Source: Amphiscolops sp. MND2022 (taxonomy: Eukaryota). Taken from it: a stretch of DNA of 64,000 nucleotides. The position numbers and the translations under genes are program-made. How positions within the stretch are numbered: position 1 is the first letter of the stretch; every line of letters begins with the position of its first letter. The DNA is taken from NCBI GenBank assembly GCA_964187785.1, contig OZ076409.1:38752001-38816000 (forward strand). The letters are read 5' to 3'. The notes beneath the pieces were generated by a model. It worked only from the letters and a program-made list of their open reading frames with translations, had not been told where the DNA came from and made no database searches. Below, piece after piece: positions 13,318 through 24,456 of this stretch.

Positions 13318-14008
13318 CGTTTTGTTTGTTACCATCTTTGATGTTTCGGAGACAGTATGCTGCGCGAGGATTGAAGATCTTCACGTCAACAAATGCACGA
13401 CAAAAGCGGGAATCCCAGAGTCCATTGGCCTTGATATCGAGGCGGGCTTCATCTTTAGTGCATGTGGTTCGGTAATCGAAAGATTCGCCTTCAACGTCAG
13501 AAGGCTGGGTTCGTTTTCGATATCACAACAAACCTCTCTCTAAATATTGGCGAAAGTGTCACGGTACTCATTTTGGCGCATATGAGCGTATCCTCCGTTG
13601 CCGCAGTGGAGTGCGTGTGAGATTGCGAAGTCTTCCCCACAGAGGCATTTTAAGTGAAGATTTTCAGGCTGAAGGCCCAACTGTCCTGAAACTCGGTTTT
13701 TGTCAGATCCAAGACATAGTGTTTCAATAGTCGAGCTGTGAGCCACTTGAAGACACAAGTTTCAGATGCCAGAGCCAAGAACTATTGTTGATTGGTTTCA
13801 AGTGTCGTCTGCGGTGAGACAGTTTTTGTTTTCAATATTCCGTTTCTCGATGATCTCATTGCTTTTTTCGCTTCATCGATGTTCACTGCATCTGCGTTCT
13901 CGAGGTGTTGGTTGACTTTTTTTGACCATGTGAGATCATTTTTTCTATCGTCAAAAGTTGTTCAACCCTCCGTTTTTCAGTGGAAACGCCAGCAATTCCC
14001 TCATCGGT
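13318..14008 (-). mobile_element. Duplicate CRE-like RLE fragment
   Basis: Near-identical to 10440-11130. Confidence 0.8.
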
Positions 14009-14051
14009 GACGACGGTGGATTTTGTCCGGTCATGTTGGGTATTAAGGGTT

Positions 14052-15228
14052 AGGGACAATTTGCCGAAAGACATTTTGTCGAAAGTCAATTTGCCGAAAC
14101 CCAATTTGCCGAACGTGAAGGACAATTTGCCGAATTTTTTTTGGCAAATTGTCCCTTTGAATTTGCCGAATTTTGTAGGGACAATTTGCTGAATACCCAG
14201 CGTTTTCAAATAACAATGTTCTTGGGTGTCTGATATGCCCCCATTTCGCCTAGTGCCCCGCGGCCCCTTGGGGCCGCTTATGTTCCCATCTTGCTAAGCG
14301 AGGTCGAACAGGAGCAAACACCTAGCGGGCACAATGATCGCGGAGCGTGCATACACCATATATGACCCCATATTATGTGAGGAGAAGTACCTAATCTATT
14401 TCCAACGCTTCGCAGGAGCAAAAAGCGGAAACGGGACATTTTGCCAAAAGAAAATTTGCCGAAACCCAATTTGCCGATCGTGAAAGACAATTTGCGGAAA
14501 ATATTCGGCAAATTGTCCTTGAGTCAATTTTCGGTAAATTGTCTTTCGGCAAATTGTCCGGTATCCTGGTATTAACTTTTATCGCAAAATCGTCTCGCTA
14601 CTATCGAAAACATCCGTGAGATTAAGTGTAGTGCGTTGTAAAAACGTTAATTTGTGCTCTGCCACGTTTATGAAAGCGTGGTATATTTTCCAGCGCAATT
14701 TCTCGACTGAGTAGAAAGTTTGTTTGGTGGATCGTAAGTATGTAGAAAACCAGTTTGTTCAATCCAGTTTGTAGAAATGTGAGGTCCTTTTTGTAGATCT
14801 TTTCTACAAACTGGACCATGTTCTTTTTTTGAATTAGGTCCAGTTTGCAGAATACCAGTTTGTAGAAATCATTATTTCAAAAAGAAAAACAATTAGGACC
14901 AATGTAGGAATGATGCAAAGTGTAAAACGTGCCTCGGATATGTCCCCATTTCCTCTAGTGGGCCGCGGCCCGGGTAAATGGTCACTTGGCTTAATGCCAT
15001 TTGGCCTAAAGTCATTTGGCTTAACACAATTGGTCACTTGGCTTCATTTTTTTAAGCTAAGTGTCTCTAGTATTGGTCACTTGGCTTAAAGTCGTTTGAC
15101 CTAAATTCACTTAGTTGAAAAGACGTGGCAGATTTTGTCGAATTTATCTTTATAACGTAGTTAGCGTCAACATGTCATATCAAGTACCCCTCGGATATGT
15201 CCCCGTTTCCTCTAGTGCCCTGCGGCCC
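14052..15228. repeat. Cluster of modular short-motif repeats / MITE-like pieces (partial copies at 11174-11529 and 21617-21971; extended copy at 24500-26510)
   Basis: Arrays of AATTTGCCGAA (with inverted TTCGGCAAATT), CCAGTTTGTAGAA and TGGTCACTTGGCTTAA, plus a recurrent core GATATG(T/C)CCCCATTTC..TAGTG..C.GCGGCCC. Confidence 0.75.
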
Positions 15229-15237
15229 TGCATTTCC

Positions 15238-18200
15238 TCACAAATGCCCGGCATTGGGAAAACTTTGCAATAACTGCGGAAAAACGGGACATTTCGCACG
15301 CATATGCACACAAAAAAGCTACAAACGCAAAGTACGCAAGGTAACTGAAGACGAATCAGAGGCAATTCCAGGAGAATCCGACGAATCAGAGACAAGCATA
15401 CACAGAATCAAAAGAATAAAAAGAATCACCGACAGAAACAAATATCTAACAACAATAGTAAAAGTAAACAGAATTGAGAAAAAATTCAAAGTGGAAACCA
15501 GGTCACCAAATTCAATAATGCCCGTAGACGAAAAGATAACGAAGCAAACCGAGATACAGAGAGTGAAACACCGGTATCACGGTGTCAAGGTTTAAACAAA
15601 AATGAAGTGAAGTTCCGGAGGAAACTACCGGTGAATTTTGAATACGAGAACAACAAACAGAAAATGCAAATTCTGATTACCGAAAGACACGACATTACAC
15701 GGCTACTCGGAATGGATGGGATGAGACAAATTCAAATTACCAAATGGAAACATCCGAGTGCAGGACAGTAACTAATCAGAAAAGAGACAAATAATCGAGA
15801 AGTTCCCGGATCTATTCAGAAATAACATTATGGATACGGATAAAAGATACTGCGATCAAAATCCAACTGAAAACGGGATATTATCCGCTGAAACAAAATG
15901 TAAAACCGATCCCTCTACACTTAAAAGACGACGCCGGGAGAAAACTGGACAAACTAATAAAAATCGGACTTTTGGAGAAAGTAAAATATGTAGATGAAGA
16001 CTGTTTTGTTTCACCGGTGATAATTACGGTAAAAAACGACAAGTCGGTAAAAATTGCATTAGGTTCGAGAAAACTGAACAACAGTTGCAAAAAAATCCGA
16101 CCAAACATGCATGCCAAATATGGAAGAACTGTTAAATCAAATCTCGGTAGAAATCACAAAAGACCAAACGCAAGAACTAATTAAATCGAAAAATGATCTC
16201 AACTATGCGTAAGGCCAGATGAAATTATCAATGGGAACAAGCCGACAATGTGTATTCGCAACAACCGGAGGAAAGTTTAGCGGATATTAACGATTCAAAA
16301 AAAGATTCTGCGGTCTTGGCGACATCCCAACAATATTTCAAGAGAATTTCGATCGAAGTTTGGAATACTCTACAACGGCATGGCTAGACGATACAAAAGT
16401 GGTAACCCGTGGCGACCGGAAAGAACACGAAAAGAAACTATTCGATGTATTAAAGAAACTAGAAAACACAGGATACCGAGCAAGCGAAAAAAAATCCGAA
16501 TTTTTCTTAAGGAAATCAAGTTGGCTCGGACACGAAATCGATGAGACGGGAATCACACCGAACAAAGAAAAATTGAAAGCATTTTTGGATTTGAAACACC
16601 CAGAATCTCAAAAAAAATTGTAGTCATTCCTCGGTGTAATACAATACCATGCGAAATTCTTACAGAGACTATCGCAAAAAACGCAGAGACTCCTAAAAAA
16701 GGACTCGGTATGGAACTGGGGGAAACAACAAGACGAGGATTTCAACAACATAAAAGAAATGTTAACCGAAGAACCCTGGTTAGCACATTACGCAAAGGAC
16801 AGAAAAAACATCGTTACAACCGACGCTAGTAAAACCGGACTCGGACTAATTTTATGGCAGAAACACTCCGATGGAGAAATAAAACCGATAGCATTCGGCA
16901 GCAGATATCTAAATGATAGCGAAAAGAATTACTCAATCGGAAACTTAGAACTACTTGCAGTTGTTTGGGGATTAGAGAAACTCCGATTTTATTTATACGG
17001 AAAGAAAGTCTTTTCATATACCGACCACCAAGCACTTGAACCCTTGATTAAAAGAAACCGATGTAATAGACAGTAGAGCGCATGACTAACTAGATGGTTA
17101 GACCCAGTCGCGCACTTTGATATTGCCATCCAACATATCGCAGAAGCAATTTAAAATTCACCGACATTCTAAGTAGAAATCCGGTGGAGAAAGCAGCGAG
17201 CGAAGACGTATACGATGAGCAATATGGAAATACCATCCTTTCAGAACATGTCGAATCAAACGTAAATTACGGACCACTATTCATTGACCAATCACAAAAC
17301 GCACCGGAAAGAATTAAAACAACCGAAGAAAATCAAAATCACCAATCACAACGGAATAGAACATTTGGGAAAAACCGAGACGTGAACAAAAATTACGATT
17401 AAGCGGAAAGCGCATCGAACAAACGCCGACAAAAAGCTAAAACGGACAGTTCAATCCAAAACTTAAGAATAAATCTGATTCCAAATTCACACTTACCAAA
17501 AGAATTACCTCTATTTAAGAGTGAAATCGACAGAGACTACTTGCATTGCGGCGCAACTGTCGAAATTATGGAGATAATAAGAAGACGAAGAAAGATCCCA
17601 GAAACCCTTAGACTCGTAGAAAGACGGCTGGAAATCTCCCAACCTGGAGCAATGCGCCGGAAAACCGACATGATCGCGCAAATACAAATTTGGGTCCTCT
17701 TAAGACCCCGAAAAAAAGAAGCTGTGAAGAAATTGCAGAGATCTACAGCGAATTGATATCGAAGGCGAACAGATTCGGCGGGGGATTGATATCAACGCCT
17801 TAAAAACGAAGAGAAGAGGAACAAGAACCCCAACAGTCGGAAACAATTGAAGACACCGAACAAGAAAGTGAAGGCGAAAGCCAAGGAATCCGGTGCGACA
17901 ACTTCCCTATCGTCGACCTAAAAGCATATAATACGGAATGAAAAGAAGCCTAGTTCAAACAGATAAACCAAGTCATTGAAAAAGTTACCGGCGACAAGAA
18001 GAGCACTGAAGACACGATCAGAAAGGCCGAGTTTAATTTTATGCTCGACTTGAAGATATTGATTGCAAAATCATCAACGGATGCCGAAGTCAACCGAGTA
18101 CGAGACGCAATGAGACGCGGCGAAAAAAACACGGCTCCGGACCAACACTGAACGATATTCGAGAAGCTGAACAACAAATGGGGGCTGACAATCAACGATG

Positions 18201-20100
18201 ACCAAAAATATTACCTACCGAAGTGAGAAAGAAGCTGCTAGATACTTTACATTTCGGACACGCCGGAGCTACCAAAAGGACAGCAGAGGCCAAAATCATT
18301 CAGTGGCCGAACATTCAAAAAGAAATTGAAGACAAAACAATAAAGTGGGTGGCCTGCATGTCATCGGGTAGAAATTTAAAATATCAAATTACCGAACCAT
18401 GAGTTCCGAAAACTAAAAACATTAACGGAACCGGGACAAGAATTTCAAATAGAGTTTTCCGGAAAATTAAACAACAAAAAACTGAACGGAGAACATCAGA
18501 TACTAATCGCAATGGAGGGATTCAGTAAATGGCCAACCGCCAAAATTTGCAAATCATCGAAAACAAAGGAAGTATTAAACTTTTCAAACAAATTTTTAAT
18601 TTGTACGGATTAGGGGAGAGAAAAAAATTGGACAAAGGGGGGCATTTGTCTCAAAAGAATACAAAGAATTTGGACCTCGAAAAACATCGAAATTGGATAC
18701 AGCACACCGAGAATGCATACCGGTACGGGAGCAGTAGAACGCGCAATACAAACATTGAAGAACCTAATTATTGCAGACTTGGAAGACAACACATGTTTAA
18801 CCGAATGCGTAAGTAGAGCATTGAACGTCATGCAGTTCACAATACATAAGGGACTAGAAACAACACCGTTTGAATTACACCACGGCTGGAAACCACGGAC
18901 CGAAATAACAAACATAATAAAAGACGGAAAATCGTTCCTTTCTAATTGGTCGCGACTACCTGTTTTAGCATACAATCGACCAAAGATACCAATCTATGTG
19001 ACCAGAAATGGTGAAGGAGAACTATCCAACCATGTTATCATGGCCCGAACGAAAATGGAACAGAAGGCAATATCCGAAAAATCGCCGAAGAAGAAAAATT
19101 CGGTTGGTAGATATCCTTTTCAATTCTTTGAAAAAAAAACATAATAGAAAATCATTGGAAGAAAAATTTCAGAAAAACATACAATTAACGGTAAAGGGCA
19201 CGGAGAACACCGTAACCACCGGTACCGGAAAAATAAATCTGAGAAATTTCTTTTCGGATCCGATTGTATTTCAGAATGAAAGAATGACAGCGCCGAAGAT
19301 CGGAGACACCATCACTCCAAAAAACCGACACTGACTCAGAGGAGTCGATGGAAAGTACATCCAATGGAATGAAATCCTGAGAGATGTACTAAACGGAAAG
19401 CTGAAAATTGTACAAAACCGAATCTGACACCGAGAGTGAGGAAGGCGAAAGAGACGAGGAAGAAAGTGATTTCGAGGATCACGATACCTTCGAAAAATAC
19501 GGCCGCAATCGACCAATTACAAAATCCCCCGAGGACGAATTAAACCTACATACGGACGGAGAGATAAATTCTGGTGAGAAACAAACAAATAATAAAATCA
19601 CCGAAAATGAAATAATAAGACGGTCCAACTGTGAAAGCAGATACGGGGGGATTACATATACAAAATTTTCTGGGTGTGAATTAAAAAGTTTTAAATGTCA
19701 CAGGTGTTACTGGCGAAAAATGGAACAACCGAAAAAAAGCACCCAAACCGCTAACGAGGCTTGCAGACTTCATCCGAGAGAAAACCCCAACACCTAGGAC
19801 ATCAAAATTGTAACCGAAGAAGATCCAGAAGGGAGGAATTGTAAAACGGTACACATACCGGATCGATCTTTCGGTGACATTGTCAATCAAACTTAGATCT
19901 TTTCCTAAAGTACCAAAAATAACTTTCATCGAGATACTTATGTTCATATATACTGGTAAACATCATATTTTTGTTTCGTACTGAGATTTTATCATTTGAT
20001 ATAGAAATATAATTAGAGAAAGATTGCGCGACAATCCTTTATGTTCGAAAGAGATTTTAGATAAAATTTTTGTTTTCTTATTCCACCAAGAAATAGAACA
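15238..20100 (+). mobile_element. Decayed Ty3/gypsy, copy 2 (5'-truncated duplicate of copy 1)
   Basis: Same pol motifs and most of the same stops and frameshifts as 4800-9659. Confidence 0.92.
19840..20100 (+). repeat. LTR (261 bp), copy A'
   Basis: Same PPT / TG..CA / PBS context. Confidence 0.9.
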
Positions 20101-20881
20101 TGGCGCAGTCAGCAATCTAAATTACCCAAGAAACTTTTATCGAGACAAAGAAGATGACAGATAAGAGCAAGATTGAAGTACCGAATTTCGAAGCCACATC
20201 AGACGGAAAAAGAATTTTTGCACCAAAAAAAATGGCTCGAAAGATTTCGACAATATCAGAAAAGAAAACACAAAATGGACATCACTGAACTATTACGTTG
20301 AATTGAATTAACACAAACCGGTTGGTCAGGAAAACATGCAGAAATCCAAGAAGACCTCAAATGGGGGATCAGTCTCGTAGCACTATACCAGATGACAAGG
20401 TCGGAATACAAAACAGAACCCGACAAAATAGCGGTGAAAGACCTTATCCGACTATATAAATTCTGAAAACCTCAATAAGTGGAGGACCGATTCACCGAAC
20501 AAAAAACCAAAGTTCATCAAAATGGTGAAAGAATTGACAGTCAAGAACCCATTTGGGGTTGTCATAAGTCACGAGATCAATCAATCCTGCACTGTTGCGG
20601 CAATGGAAGACTCAACATGGTCAATCTGAAGTTTAAGGGCGCGACATCCTCCCAGGCATAGTGTCAATCTGCGTCGAATGGCAAAGCTGATTTTTGTACG
20701 AATTAGGCCAATTGCGTCAGAAAAGCTGTCAAATCCTCTGTGAGATGTTCAACGCAAGTCTTGACATAACTTTCAAACCCAACGGTCCTGGGCCATATCA
20801 GTACAGGCAAATAACAGCAAGTTGATGGTGCTGTGTACCATTTTTTTGGTTCTCTGATCATAATTCAAATTTTCTAATTTT

Positions 20882-21572
20882 CGTTTTGTTTGTTACCATC
20901 TTTAATGTTTCGGAGACAGTATGCTGCGCGAGGATTGAAGATCTTCACGTCAACAAATGCACGACAAAAGCGGGAATCCCAGAGTCCATTGGCCTTGATA
21001 TCGAGGCGGGCTTCATCTTTAGTGCATGTGGTTCGGTAATCGAAAGATTCGCCTTCAACGTCAGAAGGCTGGGTTCGTTTTCGATATCACAACAAACGTC
21101 TCTCTAAATATTGGCGAAAGTGTCACGGTACTCATTTTGGCGCATATGAGCGTATCCTCCGCTGCCGCAGTGGAGTGCGTGTGAGATTGCGAAGTCTTCC
21201 CCGCAGAGGCATTTTAAATGAAGATTTTCAGGCTGAAGGCCCAACTGTCCTGAAACTCGGTTTTTGTCAGATCCAAGACATAGTGTTTCAATAGTCGAGC
21301 TGTGAGCCACTTGAAGACACAGGTTTCAGATGCCAGAGCCAAGGACTATTGTTGATTGGTTTCAAGTGTCGTCTGCGGTGAGACAGTTTTTGTTTTCAAT
21401 ATTCCGTTTCTCGATGATCTCATTGCTTTTTTCTCTTCATCGATGTTCACTGCATCTGCGTTCTCGAGGTGTTGGCTGACTTTTTGTGACCATGTGAGAT
21501 CATTTTTTCTATCGTCAAAAGTTGTTAAACCCTCCGTTTTTCAGTGGAAGTGCCAGCAATTCCCTCATCGGT
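20882..21572 (-). mobile_element. Duplicate CRE-like RLE fragment
   Basis: Near-identical to 10440-11130. Confidence 0.8.
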
Positions 21573-22726
21573 GACGACTGTGGATTTTGTCCGGTCATTT
21601 TGGGTATTAAGGGTTAGGGACAATTTGCCGAAAGACGTTTTGTCGAAAGTCAATTTGCCGAAACCCAATTTGCCGAACGTGAAGGACAATTTGCCGAATT
21701 TTTTGGGCAAATTGTCCCTTTGAATTTGCCGAATTTTGTAGGGACAATTTGCCGAATACCCAGCGTTTTCAAATAACAATGTTCTTGGGTGTCGGATATG
21801 CCCCCATTTCTTCAGTGCCCCGCGGCCCCTTGGGGCCTCTTATGTTCCCATCTTGCTAAGCGAGGTCGAAAAGGAGCAAACACCTAGCGAACGCAATGAT
21901 CGAGGAGCGTGCATACACCGTATATGACCCCATATTAGGTGAGGAGAAGTACCTAATCTATTTCCAACGCTTCGCCGAAGAAGAAAAATTCGGTTGGTAG
22001 ATATCCTTTTCAATTCTTTGAAAAAAACATAATAGAAAATCATTGGAAGAAACATTTCAGAAAAACATACAAACCACGGTAAATGGCACGGAACACACCG
22101 TAATCACCGGTACCGGAAAAATAAATCTGCGAAATTTCTTTTCGGACCCGATTGTATTTCAGAATGAAAGAATGACAGCGCCGAAGATCGGAGACACCAT
22201 CACTCCAAAAAACCAACACTGACTCAGAGGAGTCGATGGAAAGTACATCCAATGGAATGAAATCCTGAGAGATGTACTAAACGGAAAGCTGAAAATTGTA
22301 CAAAACCGAATCTGACTCCGAGAGTGAGGAAGGCGAAAGAGACGAGGAAGAAAGTGATTTCGAGGATCACGATACCTTCGAAAAATACGGCCGCTATCGA
22401 CCAATTACAAAATCCCTCGAGGACGAATTAAATATACATACGGACGGAGAGATAAATTCTGGTGAGAAACAAACAAATGATAAAATCACCGAAAATGAAA
22501 TAATAAGACGGTCCAAATGTGAAAGCAGATACGGGGGGATTACGTATACAAAACTTTCTGGGTGTGAATTAAAAAGTTTTAAATGTCACAGGTGTTACTG
22601 GCGAAAAATGGAACAACCAAAAAAAGCACCCAAACCGCTAACGAGGCTTGCAGACTTCATCCGAGAGAAAACCCCAACACCTAGAACATCAAAACTGTAA
22701 CCGAAGAAGATCCAGAAGGGAGGAAT

Positions 22727-22987
22727 TGTAATACGGTACACATACCGGATCGATCGTTCGGGGACATTGTCAATCAAACTTAGATCTTTTCCAAAAGTAC
22801 AAAACAGAACTTTCATCGAGATACCTATGTTCATATATATTTGTAAACATCATATTTTTGTTTCGTACTGAGATTTTATCATTTGATATAGAAATATAGT
22901 TAGAGAAAGATTGCAAGACAATCCTTTATGTTCGAAAGAAATTTTAGATAAAATTTTTGTTTTCTTATTCAACCAAGAAATAGAACA
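22727..22987 (+). repeat. LTR (261 bp), copy B'
   Basis: Same PPT / TG..CA / PBS context. Confidence 0.9.
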
Positions 22988-23767
22988 TGGCGCAGTCAGC
23001 AATCTAAATTACCCAAGAAACTTTTCTCGAGACAAAAAAGATGACAGATAAGAGCAAGATTGAAGTACCGAAATTCGAAGCCACATCAGACGGAAAAAGA
23101 ATATTTGCACCAAAAAAATGGCTCGAAAGATTTCGGCAATATCCGAAAAGAAAACACAAAATGGACATCACTGAACTATTACGTTGAATTGAATTAACAC
23201 AAACCGGTTGGTCCGGAAAACATGCAGAAATCCAAGAAGACCTCAAATGGGGGATCGGTCTCGTAGCACTATACCAGATGACAAGGGCGGAATACAAAAC
23301 AGAACCCGACAAAGTAGCGGTGAAAGACCTTATCCGACTATATAAATTCTGAAAACCTCAAAAAGTGGTGGACAGATTCACCGAACCAAAAACCAAAGTT
23401 CATCAAAATGGTGAAAGAATTGACAGTCAAGCACCCACTTGGGGTTGTCATAAGTCACGAGATCAATCAATCCTGCACTGTTGCGGCAATGGAAGACTCA
23501 ACATGGTCAATCTGAAGTTTAAGGGCGCGACATCCTCCCAGGCAGAGTGTCAATCTGCGTAGAATGGCAAAGCTGATTTTTGTACGAATTGAGCCAATTG
23601 CGTCAGAAAAGCTGTCAAATCCTCTGTGAGATGTTCAACGCAAGTCTTGACATAACTTTCAAACCCAACGGTCCTGGGCCATATCAGTACAGGCAAATAA
23701 CAGCAAGTTGATGGTGCTGTGTACCATTTTTTCGGTTCTCTGATCATATTTCAAGTTTTCTAATTTT

Positions 23768-24456
23768 CGTTTTGTTTGTTACCATCTTTGATGTTTCGGA
23801 GACAGTATGCTGCGCGAGGATTGAAGATCTTCACGTCAACAAATGCACGACAAAAGCGGGAATCCCAGAGTCCATTGGCCTTGATATCGAGGCGGGCTTC
23901 ATCTTTAGTGCATGTGGTTCGGTAATCGAAAGATTCGCCTTCAACGTCAGAAGGCTGGGTTCGTTTTCGATATCACAACAAACCTCTCTAAACATTGGCG
24001 AAAGTGTCACGGTACTCATTTTGGCGCATATGAGCGTATCCTCCGTTGCCGCAGTGGAGTGCGTGTGAGATTGCGAAGTCTTCCCCACAGAGGCATTTTA
24101 AGTGAAGATTTTCAGGCTGAAGGCCCAACTGTCCTGAAACTCGGTTTTTGTCAGATCCAAGACATAGTGTTTCAATAGTCGAGCTGTGAGCCACTTGAAG
24201 ACACAAGTTTCAGATGCCAGAGCCAAGGACTATTGTGGATTGGTTTCAAGTGTCGTCTGCGGTGAGACAGTTTTTGTTTTCAATATTCCGTTTCTCGATG
24301 ATCTCATTGCTTTTTTCTCTTCATCGATGATCACTGCATCTGCGTTCTCGAGGTGTTGGTTGACTTTTTTTGACCATGTGAGATCATTTTTTCTATCGTC
24401 AAAAGTTGTTCAACCCTCCGTTTTTCAGTGGAAACGCCAGCAATTCCCTCATCGGT
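23768..24456 (-). mobile_element. Duplicate CRE-like RLE fragment
   Basis: Near-identical to 10440-11130. Confidence 0.8.

Larger units (their letters stand above)
8644..14410 (+). repeat. Tandem duplication of a ~2.88-kb unit (8644-11529 / 11530-14410); repeated again at 19082-21971 / 21972-24858
   Basis: At 11530 the sequence jumps back to the post-integrase gypsy sequence (CGCCGAAGAAGAAAAATTCGGTTGG); ORF-track entries recur at an offset of ~2878. Confidence 0.95.
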
